Below, piece by piece: positions 13,285 through 24,400 of a stretch of DNA of 64,000 bases. The first letter of the stretch is position 1. Each line of letters begins with the position of its first letter. Under the pieces are notes generated by a model. The model searched no databases. It saw only the letters and a program-made list of their open reading frames with translations, and was not told where the DNA came from. Source of the stretch: Phoronis australis (taxonomy: Eukaryota; Animalia; Phoronida); the NCBI GenBank assembly GCA_002633005.1, contig NMRA01000233.1:124001-188000 (forward strand), given 5' to 3'. The translations under genes and the position numbers were made by a program.

Positions 13285-13424
13285 CACACCAGCGACATCT
13301 ATCACCCAGTCAGTCCTGAGGTGTGCACCCACGTTAGCGTCAACACCGCCAGTTGGTTAAAGCTTGCAGGGCAAGGTCTTGTCTATGGCACTAATCGCGG
13401 CGACCTTCACTTTTGTTTGCCAGG
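13285..13424 (+). CDS. AMBRA1: AMBRA1 exon, last WD40 strand
   Basis: ttctag|cac...ccagg|gtgagc; HVSVNTASWLKLAGQGLVYGTNRGDLHFCLP (cf. [26 protein letters not shown]). Confidence 0.95.
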
Positions 13425-14569
13425 GTGAGCATAACTTGTTATGTAACTCTGACAGTTGCAATCAAATGCAATGTCACAGAACATTTCTCCGTTCTCTGTC
13501 GGACTTAGAAGCCAACATCGTTGTACGTCATTGTTTTAGCTATGCTGATATGTTATATTTCCATGCTTAGTTCAGTGTCCTGGTGGCACTTTTGTTGTTT
13601 TGTGGGTATTCTGTTTTTTTGTATTTTGCACAAATTTGTAGCATTGAAGGAATTAAACGTATGGTGCGTACCTTTCTGTAACGGATTCTGAGTAAAAATA
13701 TCCCTAAGTTTTGATGTAGGCTTTCAGACTTCAGTGTCATTGCCTCCGTATGTCATTTTTGTGTCTATATATCTTCCAAACCTTATGATTGTTCTTTGCA
13801 ATAAGAAGTACATTACACCCGCCATTTTGGATGCCCAGTGCTGTGTCCAGGAAAACAGGTTGATCATTGTCTCTCAATGACTTTCGGTAAATATAGCAAA
13901 ATCACTTACTGAAAGACTAAAATTGACGGATGGTATCAGACGTTTCAACCTGGTCTGCCATGCCTTAGTCGATGACTGGAGTACTGCCTGCCCTACGCTT
14001 GATAAGGATGTCACTGTAGAGGGGAGATAAATGAACACCAGGGTTCGGATTCAAAAGGGGGCGCTGGATGGTGATTTTAATTTTATACCTCACACGAAAC
14101 TGATAAGCTTTCCTAGAAACGTACAGAGTGCAGTGCACTGTGTGCGCATATTAACGCTTTATGTTGTAAATTAATGTAGTGTGTTCAAAGTCTCCCCTGG
14201 GTTTTGAAAGCAGTGTGGTGGTGGATGGTCCCATTGCCGCACACGAGTACGGGAAGTGGGATTCCCTAGTGCCTAGGTTTCGAAAGGAGCGCAGGGGATG
14301 TGGAGCCCAACGCCTGAATGAAGTGTCAATGTGTTATCTCAGTGCATGAAAAATTTTGTATTCTAACATATTTCAGTCATCAGTTAAAGTTGCGCTTGGA
14401 GGCGGACGGGCCAGGATAGGGCTTTCAGACTACTTGATAAAATTGAATTCTTCGGCTCTAGGCTCGAACGGAGAACGAAAAAATATTTGAACCTGTTTAC
14501 ACCTGATTAACTAAGTTGTATATTAATGAAATGTTCGTCAATATTGTTGACTGTATATTCTTTGCCTTA

Positions 14570-15117
14570 GGGCTGTTCCAGTAAAATCCGTGTGGGAGGG
14601 GGGAAGGCAATTGAAATAAAGAATTATGGGTGGTTGTGTTTGATTTAAATTCAAAATGGCTGGTGGCCGTACTTCAAAAAAATTAAAATTTGCAGGTCGT
14701 TGTTGTTTCATTGTGCCATAAATGTTTGATGGTGGGTAATTTCAGTAAGTTTTATAAACAATCCGCACAGAATCAACAATTAAAACAAAAAGGCAACTTG
14801 CAAAAGCTTTGACTTTTTCACTCCCTCCGATCTCCCCATCGGCAACCACAGGCACTCGAATTTCTCGATGGCTAATAACCATTTATAAGAAACATATGTT
14901 TTCTTAGTAATGAATGACGTCAGTGGTGATCGAGGAACAGATAAACTCAAGCGCCTGTGCAGTTAACCACAAGAACAACAAAAAAATTACGGGTGGTTGC
15001 ACTTCAAACTTACAAAAAATTACAGGTGGTGGGCTGAAGAAATAAATGAAAATATGGGTGGTAGGTGTGAAAAAAAATGCCTTCCCCCCTCCCATACAGA
15101 TTTTACTGGAACACCCC
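14570..15117. mobile_element. PIF/Harbinger-like MITE (548 bp)
   Basis: about 40-bp TIRs (gggctgttccagtaaaatccgtgtgggaggggggaaggca / tgccttcccccctcccatacagattttactggaacacccc) flanked by TTA at 14567-14569 and 15118-15120. Confidence 0.85.
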
Positions 15118-15158
15118 TTACTGATAAATGATTTCTTTACTTAATGTTTTGTTTCCAG

Positions 15159-15345
15159 GTTATCTGTCCCTGTAGAAGAGGAGCTCTCTGATGACGACCC
15201 AGATCTTGGTGGGCCGTCAATTCGTCGCAATTTGTTGAGTTTCTTAGGCATGAACGTCCCGCGGACAATGAACACGGCTACACAGACAGTGATACACGGT
15301 GTACCCGATCCCAGTGATTCAGACAGCGATGAATTCATGCTGTGA
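15159..15345 (+). CDS. AMBRA1: AMBRA1 terminal coding exon with TQT motif, stop TGA
   Basis: ttccag|g tta tct...; LSVPVEEELSDDD...NTATQTV...DSDSDEFML*; phase 2 fits; all 13 exons total 2799 nt in frame. Confidence 0.85.
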
Positions 15346-18300
15346 AAGCTGTTAATAGCGAGAAAAGTCTCACTGATTGTTACACGCATACGTTATTTGA
15401 TACCAGCGAATCAGACAGTGGTGAATTTATGCTGTAGTCGAATATTGTGAATTATGGCCAACTGCTCGTTGAACCAAGCCATTCAGTCAGGATTGGTTTT
15501 ATCCTGTAAATGAAGGTGGAGAATAAAGCAAGTACTTTGTCACTGGACGATTCACCCACGACATGCTAGCAATTCGTTCAGCGTTGAATTTGTGCTGCAG
15601 CTGAATCTGCTGAATTCAGACGGTCGTACACGGCGCTCTCTATAATTCATGCAGCAGCGAAGTCTTGCTGTAAGCAAAGGTATTGCAAATTGTGAGTTGA
15701 GCACTGTCTCGAGACTTGCATTTTATCTCTGCAAGTGATTTAGAAAACGACGAATTGTTGCTGAAAATGAAACTGCTGGCTACACAAGCCATACACGAAA
15801 TAACTGATTCACAGAATTCAGACTGGGATGCATTTGTCTGTGTAAGTGAAGTTGCTGGCTATATCGACTGAATGAAGACGGCCACAGAGACGATACATGC
15901 AGGAGTTTAACCTCTGTAATTCGAACAGCAAAGAATTTGTACTATTAATGAGCATGTTGTAATTGTTGAGCACCGACTCGCAGACATTCGCACTGGGTCT
16001 TTTCTATGTATTCCCCCTTGGCCTGTATTTGGGAAATTTTTTAATTCACTTTTCAAAATTATTTGTAAGCCGTCTGAAAATGGACAGCGGTAGGGTGAAC
16101 GGCTAATTTGTTGAACACAAGGTGGTGTTAATGTTGTTCTCACTTGTATGTAGAACAGGAAAACAGTATTAATGTTGTTCTCACTTCTATGTGGACTGCT
16201 TTCATCTAGTGCTCTTAAGCTCCTTTCAACTTACCTTCAGGGCCGTTAAGATCTGGACAGATATCCTTGGCATGTTAATTTGCTCCTAGTTCTGAAAGTG
16301 CACTTAAGCATGCTTGTGCCGCAGTGGTAAAAGCAAAAAGTGCTCTTTATTCCGAGTACACACCTAACCACCTTAACCAGTGACTTGTGTTAGCAAGTAT
16401 TGTAGTTGTTTGGGTTAAGACTTTGGTCGTTTGAATTGAGTTTGATTCCGGATTTTGCATTAAATGGTCATGTACGAAGGATCATTGTTATTGAAAAGTC
16501 CATTGTTGAAGTCGGAAGAGGAGCGGGTATTCAGATGAACATGGGCAAAAACGCGGGTGAATACTGTACTGCTGTAAGTGAATGTGTGTCTGTGTTCATA
16601 TGTGCACAGTGTCTGGTTAATGCAACTACAGATGGTCAAAATCGTGTAGTACCCACTGAGTAGAGTTTTCCTCTTACATATCACAAGGGTGTAACTTCTC
16701 TGTTACTGCGTCCTTTTCTCATCAACATACTTAGTTTTTCAGAGGCTGCAGTTCAGTTTTCATGTAGGATAATTTTGTTTCCTCACAAATCTCAATTATG
16801 CTCCCAGCTGTTGTGTATAGACAAAGTTGATACTTTGTATCAAGAACCTGGCAAGAAGTGTCAGCATCTTAAACTCATGATTTCTGTTAGTGGCAAAAGA
16901 AATTTGGCTTATGAGAAATAAACTGAATTATGGTTGGTGAAAAAAGAACTACGGTTGGTTGAGAGGAGAATTGCCTTCGCAAGAAAATGACCTGTCATTT
17001 ATACCGTGTCAGACACTCTGTTGACTAGGAATACTATAGTGGGCAAATTTTTTCTTTGTTGCCAAAGCCTACCCTGGGGTCGTCATGGTAACAACCGATT
17101 AAAAGAGACATTGCAAGAAATGCTAAAATACAGGGTGATGACCGTGTTGGGGAACTCTGTAAGGCCAAGAGATTCAGCGTAGTACTTCAGGTCCAAGGAG
17201 GGTCGATGTCCTGTTGTATATAACGATGGTAATCGGACAAAATACCGTTTTCTCGTCGTGACGGTTAATTTTAGTTAACAGTGAAAATTACCAGTAATGG
17301 CAATTATGGCAGCAATGATGGCTTTAGCACCTTACTAACTTTTTTCCCTTTCATTCTCTTTTTAGACAAACCACAGTGGAAACGAATTGACTTTTTTGCT
17401 ATCCGTGTTTCCCATTTGTGCTTTTATTTATTTACATTTGTCTCTGTATTTGTTGTTGTATTTTAGTTACTTGTGTCAGCTAAATAAGTATAGTAAAGTA
17501 AAGTAAAAGCTTTTCTGATGGTAAATTCGGCTTCCACTTAGCCGTCATGATGAATTCTAGGTCATTTTGTCTGAATACTTTTGACATGTTCTTTAGGTAA
17601 ATTTACTTTGTCGCCATATCCGTGGAAAAGATAATGTCAATACGGTAACTCTTGTGGGAGTTGACGTATAAGTTGCAACACATAACATAACTGTACTTTT
17701 CAGTCCCAACCCCTATTGTAGATCGTCATCTTAATTTGAAGATCCTATTCGACACTTTGCGGGCCCCTCATGACTTTTAGAAAACCCCAAACACTGATTT
17801 GTCCGTTGGAGGTGGTGGTGGTAGTGGTTTCACCCTCTCCCGGTTCATCTAGAGCGCTACCTTATTTTTCAATGCATTGTGGGACAGCTCTGAACATCCG
17901 GTGACGTGGTGACGGGGTGATGACTTAGCGGTGTGTAGAAAATTTGATAGAAAAACAAACAATTGTCGCTTGAGTGCACTAGAATCGAAAGTATTAATTA
18001 GCCCACTGCTACTTGCTTTTTAGTGTGAAAGTAACGAAGCAACATTAGTGCAATTGGCGAAAGTCTTGAGGTGTGTTTTTCTCGCAGTAATGGTAATGCT
18101 TGTTACTAAGAATTTTTGTATTAATGCTTTTAGGCTGAAGCAAAGTATATTGATCTCAGTCTTATGTTAACATTTCTGTTGTCATGGTAACTTTGTATTT
18201 TGCCTGGCACTCTTATTTTGAAGTATTTTGTGCTTAATTGACGTATGAAATGAAGACAATGAACTGATAATGTTGTTAATATGTTAACATCTTTCAGTAA

Positions 18301-18579
18301 ATTGTCGCGGATTGAGCCCATATAACAATGGCCTGGTTGATCTTGTAGAATGTGAGTGGAAGTGAGAATTTTTCAATTTAATAGTTTCTTTCATCTTCAA
18401 AGGCCTGGCCCACAAGACATTGTGCAACGTCAATATTTTACACACAAATACTTAGGAACTTATCATTTCATTTTTTATTTTGTGTGCTTTTATAAAAAAT
18501 TTTTGCCAGCTTTTTCAGACGATTTTTCACTGCATTAGAGAACATTTGTAAATGGTCACTAATAATAGATCTTTGCTTA

Positions 18580-19227
18580 TAAAGTAACTACATCTTAGGT
18601 CTGTGAATCAAGTGACCCTTTGTCTTACCTTGAAATAAGCTGCCAATGGGGGATTTCATCTAATGCAAATCTTCTTAAAGTAGCAGACTTGATTTTGTTT
18701 TGTCATCTCTTAAAGATCCAGTGACATCAAAAACAACTCGGGATCATATTACTTGAGAGTGATTATGATGTATGCTTGGCAAAAAATATTGCTAATCTTT
18801 GTATTGATTAATATATCCTTTCTGTATGCAATAGGTTGCTAAGACGTTCAGGTATGAAAAAGCTTTTGCTTTCAAATCCAACTAATGAAACTTCCTACCA
18901 TATTGTTTACCTCTCATGACGTTTTACCTGTGTTTTCACCAGATATNTAAAGTAACTACATCTTAGGTCTGTGAATCAAGTGACCCTTTGTCTTACCTTG
19001 AAATAAGCTGCCAATGGGGGATTTCATCTAATGCAAATCTTCTTAAAGTAGCAGACTTGATTTTGTTTTGTCATCTCTTAAAGATCCAGTGACATCAAAA
19101 ACAACTCGGGATCATATTACTTGAGAGTGATTATGATGTATGCTTGGCAAAAAATATTGCTAATCTTTGTATTGATTAATATATCCTTTCTGTATGCAAT
19201 AGGTTGCTAAGACGTTCAGGTATGAAA
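18580..19227. repeat. 280-bp direct duplication around a single N (18947); likely assembly or haplotype overlap
   Basis: 18580-18859 appears identical to 18948-19227. Confidence 0.9.
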
Positions 19228-19963
19228 GAGAGTGTCTGAAGGGCAAAATCCTGGCTAATAACCTGCCCTGCTAACCCCCCCCACACACAAAATCCTGGAT
19301 CTGCCCCTCACATCCGTCCCATAATGCATTTGAAATCCCTCAAATGGATTGTAGTTATGATTTGTGGGGTTATCTCGCCACATTACTTGGTGATGGCATG
19401 TCTTTATCTATTTTTAATGTTCTTGTTAAGATATCTGGTCTTAATGTTTTCATGCTTCATTTGAGTTTGTTTGGTTAAGAATATTTCAGGCCAAAAAGAG
19501 TTTTATTGAAATTATATTCATTGGGTAAGCCTTTTGAACATTGGAAATCACTGATGAAAGGGTTAAATTATGGGAACAAATCTTTTTGAGATGTGGCTTT
19601 CACTGGAGCTCTTTGCAAATGGATACTTCTAAAAGCCTGGGTTTTTATTGTTCTGATTGTAAAGGAGGAAACATCCTAAATACCACGCAGCAACCGTGTC
19701 AAAAATAGTGGGAGTGCTCCCTCCCAGAGGACTTGTTAAAGGCAATGATGAACTACTGGTCCTTCTATATAAGGTGTGTCTGATCAGTTTGAGTTAGTCA
19801 ACGTATCAGATATTACTGGAGAGTACTAACGTCTTTATGATCCTTGTGTGAGTCTCTGTTGTCGTTGTTGTATCAGGTATTGTCCTTGTACAGTTGACGC
19901 AAATTATTGTTTTGAGTCTTTGGAATAAATGTGGTCATCCACTATTAATTCGTATTAATTACA

Positions 19964-20121
19964 CAGGGGCGGAACCAAGTTTTTTTAGAACGGGGAGTCA
20001 GATCAAGGATTTTTTAAAAAGGGGGTCCAAGCTGACAATTAGAAAATTCTTGATTTGATATCACTAAAATCAAGGGAAAATAGGGCAGTCCTGATCCCTT
20101 GACCCCCTGGATTTGCCTATG
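19964..20121. mobile_element. degenerate hAT-like MITE remnant
   Basis: caggggcggaaccaag ... ctggatttgcctatg weak TIRs, flanked by attaca direct repeats; a similar end (cctggatctgcccct) lies near 19294-19308. Confidence 0.45.
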
Positions 20122-20639
20122 ATTACAATTTGTTCATTTGAAAAATGACCTTGTCACTCACAATGATAAAAAATATGCTCTCAGACAAATTGTTGGTTAG
20201 AGTAATTATTTTTTGTAAATTATTCCATGTTGAATCTGAAACAAGTAGGCATTTCTTATTTAGTCTTTATTCTTAAGATAATTTTCACATAGTAAAACAT
20301 CTATTTGTGTGCAATTGCTTGTAAAACAAAAACTGTATTTTAGCTTCCCCTCATTTTATATGTCCACATTTTTACTTATTTCATAAAAATATTAAATAAA
20401 GATCCATTTCATGACAGAAGAAAACATGTTAAACAAAGACATCCTGGTGGTGGTTGTTTTTGGTGGAAATTTCCTGGAACTGACCAGTCAAGTAAATTCT
20501 GAATCATTATGTAAATATAAATTTTAGTCGTCAGGTGACGCTCTGTAACCTCAAGATGACCTGACATCTCTGGGAGAATTGCGCAAATAATCCCTGATGT
20601 ACAAAAATCTTTTCGTTCTTGTCCAATTCTTCATGCTAT

Positions 20640-21000
20640 GTAACTCTTACAATAACTCTATTGTAGAACGCAGTTAAAAAATGATTACGCGTCTCTGCAT
20701 TTTACTATGTCGTGGCAAATCTTGCAAAAATCTGCTTCGGATTATGCAAATCGCCCGTGACAACAACTACGTCACACGACATTGCCCCGACTGACCTTTA
20801 TACGCTATTTTTGTGGTAAGCGAGAACGAGTGAGAATCGTGTTCAGTGGAAAGCGAATCGTAAACTTGGCATAGTGGATTGTACTCGTGCACGCAGGTAT
20901 TTCCATCCGATTTTTGGATTAGAAACGTCTAATGGAGTGTTAACATTTTGTGGATATTTTCGGAACATCGAGGTCTTGACGTTTTCCAGGCCCGCAGAAA
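20640..21000 (+). promoter_or_regulatory. putative FoxO proximal promoter / 5' UTR
   Basis: locally CpG-richer stretch directly upstream of the FoxO ATG, with octamer ATGCAAAT (20744) and a TACGTCA CRE-like half-site (20769); TSS not determinable. Confidence 0.35.
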
Positions 21001-21414
21001 ATGAGTGGATTTCAAGAATCCATTTCCAATATGGACGAATTGCCACCCGAAATTGACCCAAATTTTGAGCCACAACCGAGAAGCCGATGTCATACGTGGC
21101 CTTCAAGGCCTACGGAGTTCTCCCTGCCTCCTCAGGATGGTGAGACCGAGTCAAACTGCTCGCCATCGGCGGCGAGCGAGTCTGATGCTGGTGAAATTAA
21201 GGCGCACGATGCGACGGGTCTGAAGCAAAATAACAACAAGAGCAACTCACGACGAAACGCGTGGGGTAATTTATCGTACGCAGATTTAATCACAAAAGCC
21301 ATTCAAAGTTCCCCGGACCAGCGATTAACATTGTCACAAATTTACGATTGGATGGTGCAAAATGTACCTTATTTTAAAGACAAGGGTGATAGCAACAGCT
21401 CGGCTGGTTGGAAG
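21001..21414 (+). CDS. FOXO: FoxO coding exon 1 (Akt site 1, N-terminal half of the forkhead domain); start is ATG 21001 or 21031
   Basis: [16 protein letters not shown] and [19 protein letters not shown]...[17 protein letters not shown]|gtaagt, diagnostic of FoxO. Confidence 0.98.
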
Positions 21415-24400
21415 GTAAGTTTACGGACTACAATACCATCGTCTCAAAGTGGCCGCAGTGGAGACGGTGACCATCCCATAGCCATAGGCCGCATAGGGCT
21501 TCAATATGCCAAAAGTTTTTTGGCGAGTTATGCCACACTGATTTAACTATCAAAGTCGGTTGCTGTAAGTACATTTTGCTTATCTAGAGAGACACTTTGG
21601 GAGGCCATTGATGTCTTAAACTCTTCCTTCTCGAACTAGTAAGTACACGTGCAATCAAACTTTTCTTTCAACAGTCATTCGCTCAGTTTCTCAAGCCAGC
21701 AGCTCACAGTGGCCATCTTTACACTGCCAGTACTAGGGGCTTTCACATCATATCCCCTGGCACGAACAATGTAAAAATGGTCAGTTGCTGATTTGGGCAA
21801 CTGAACAAATTGACTGTTTGAAAAAAAAATTGATTGTGGAAGTATTTGTTTGAGCTGGAAAGAGTTAGACATCAGCCTCCCAAGGTGTCTCTCTATGCAC
21901 GTAAGGTATTTAAAGCAGTGTTGCTTTGATGGTTTAATCAGTGTGAGGCTTAAACCGCTGAAAGGCGTCCTATGTATGATGGCCCTGTGGGATGGCCACC
22001 GTCTCCACTGGGGCCAGTTGAGAGGGTGGTACTGTCTAACGGACACCTTGATTGCATTGCAATAATTGCTGTACTATAACCAAGATTAGTGCCGTGGTGA
22101 GTTTTTTTTTCATGTTCAACTGACGGACATGCATTCTAGAGTACATCCCTGATCCCATAAGACAGAATATCAACATGTTGCTAGTTGGCACTGGGTGTAC
22201 TAGTAGAGTGGGCCCTGATCTAGGAAATCAGTTTCGTCCACTGACTCAGGCCCATTATTCAGAGGTTGCCTGTTTCTCTAAATCAGGCTCCACTGTATCT
22301 GACCCTGTGCCACGAGTTTTATGAGCTCGCGCATACCTCTTTTCACAGAACACATTTTACTAGCTTAGTGCCTGCATGGTGCTATCGAACACATGCCAGT
22401 TTGGTAACCCGGTTCCCAATAATACTGACCATTTCATTCACACAGAGGTTTTTATCAGATTCTTACAAATTCATTATTGTGTCCCAGTTGTCGATATGTC
22501 CATGCAGGAAATGTCAAGCTCTCTCCTGACATGGAAACTTTACCTCATTTTCGTATAAGATTTCTAACCAGCAATTACTGAAGAAATCTTCAGCTCTATG
22601 GAAAGTTGGAACATCGTGTCACGATGTAGGGAAACTAAATTCATTATTCCTCCTTGAATTCTGGTACCAGCATACAGAAGCTGCGAAAAAGATCTATAAG
22701 TTGAAATTTTTAATGTGAGATATGTTGATGCGTACGTTATTAAGTGCCGTGGGGCAATTCTGATGTGCTTAACCGTCTTCCATTTATTGTATATGTGCTT
22801 ACAATGTTAAGTTGTTATTGGGTTAACCATCATTAAGTCACTTAACATGTGAGATCATGTAACATTAACTCCATCTAGTGTTCAATTATGAAGTTACCCT
22901 TTTCCCCGTCAATAGTAAATATACGATGCTTACATTTTGAGAACCCGTTATTCATTGGACGAAACTGGTTCTCAAAATGTGGGCGCTTTACATCCGACTA
23001 TAAACCTATTCTTTACCTGGCTGTTTCACTGCATAAATGGCGTCCTCTGTCCTTGCATGCTCATTGAGTTCTTTTTTCGTTAGGGTTTCTGTCGTCTGTT
23101 GTACTACAACGCAGAAATCACTTCTTGCTTTGGTAAAGAGCAAGCGGTCTCATTTAGGAATTGGATGTTGGTGGTTAGGATTTCTATTTGAAACAAGTGA
23201 TTGCAACTTGCCTGAAGTAAGCTGGCCTGACACTCAGTCGCATGCTTGCTTTTTTCCATTTTTGGCTGAATTCCAATCAGATAGGTATTAGGAATAGCTG
23301 TCAACTGAAATGTCCAGGTTCGTGCTTGTTCACCATTCAGTCATGTTTACCATCCCAAAACTGCTCTACAAAATTGGTTGTAAGCACCAGTGCTCAGCTA
23401 ACTAGTAGTCGTTTGATTGAGTAACCAATCCCTTTCATTTTTAAGCGTAAAGTATCGTACGGTGTGGCACGAAGCAAGTTTTCGTTTTGCAGACCTAGTA
23501 CAAAATTGATGACTGACTGTTGCGTGTTTTGTTAACGAATTAGCACGTAAAACTTGTACTGAGGAAGGGTGCACTCGTTTCGCTAATATCGGACAAACTG
23601 CTGTCACCAGACAGATACTAAGCTGAAGACAATCCCTGATTGTTGCGATTGTTATCGTAGTGGTCGCTGACACACATCGACGAATAGAAGTTGTTGTCTA
23701 CAGTCGATGTCATGCGGCGCGATTCTAGTATGTTGTCTAGTTATTAGCACGTTGCTGGTGAGCTATCGCGTTGGAGGCTTGTCTATCATCTAGTGAGTGA
23801 CTTCTCAAATCATAGTTTAAATATGTTTAACCGTGACCCCTACTCCTTTCATGGTGCAAAGAGGCCCAAACGTATTGAGGTCGCAGCATGTCAAGGAGTT
23901 GATGAACCATACTGGATGATAAGCTTATAATTCACAAAAATTCTAAAAACAGATTTATTTGTTGAACTCCTTTCAAAGGTCAAGAAGGTTTTGTTACGCA
24001 GTGGCCTTGTGGGGGCCTTGTGGTAAAGCTAAAACGGAATATGTACCCAGTAGTCTATGTGTGGAGTGGACATGCCATTTGTCATGCCTTGGTGCTGGTG
24101 AAGAATAAGACTTTTAAGGTCTGTTTTTTACTGAGGGCAAAGGTAGCCAAGGCATTTGTGTGTCTGTCATGGCGATGTAATATGTCAGGGAATTCAGTCA
24201 TGGCTATGTAATATGTCAGGGAATTCAGTATTAAGTACCCATTTAACCACTAACTGTGGGACCCATGCCGTGACTAAATGAACTAAATGTTACTATGTGC
24301 TCAACCCAAAGAGGGACCTAGTTAGCATGCTGTGGCTAAGTGAACTAAATGTTACTATGTGCTCATCCCAAAGAAGGACCTAGATAGGAGCTGAGAGATT

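Noticed and set aside
15343-15450. Stop-codon readthrough of AMBRA1 into the duplicated tail
   Set aside because: The duplicate is in a different frame from the TGA, and the context (TGA-A) is not the leaky TGA-C type.
18903-18910. FoxO-binding element TTGTTTAC (autoregulation)
   Set aside because: An isolated 8-mer is expected by chance in AT-rich 64 kb; no clustering seen.
19744-19820. C/D-box snoRNA starting at ATGATGA
   Set aside because: The only nearby CTGA is too close, with no terminal D box or closing stem and no recognisable rRNA complementarity.
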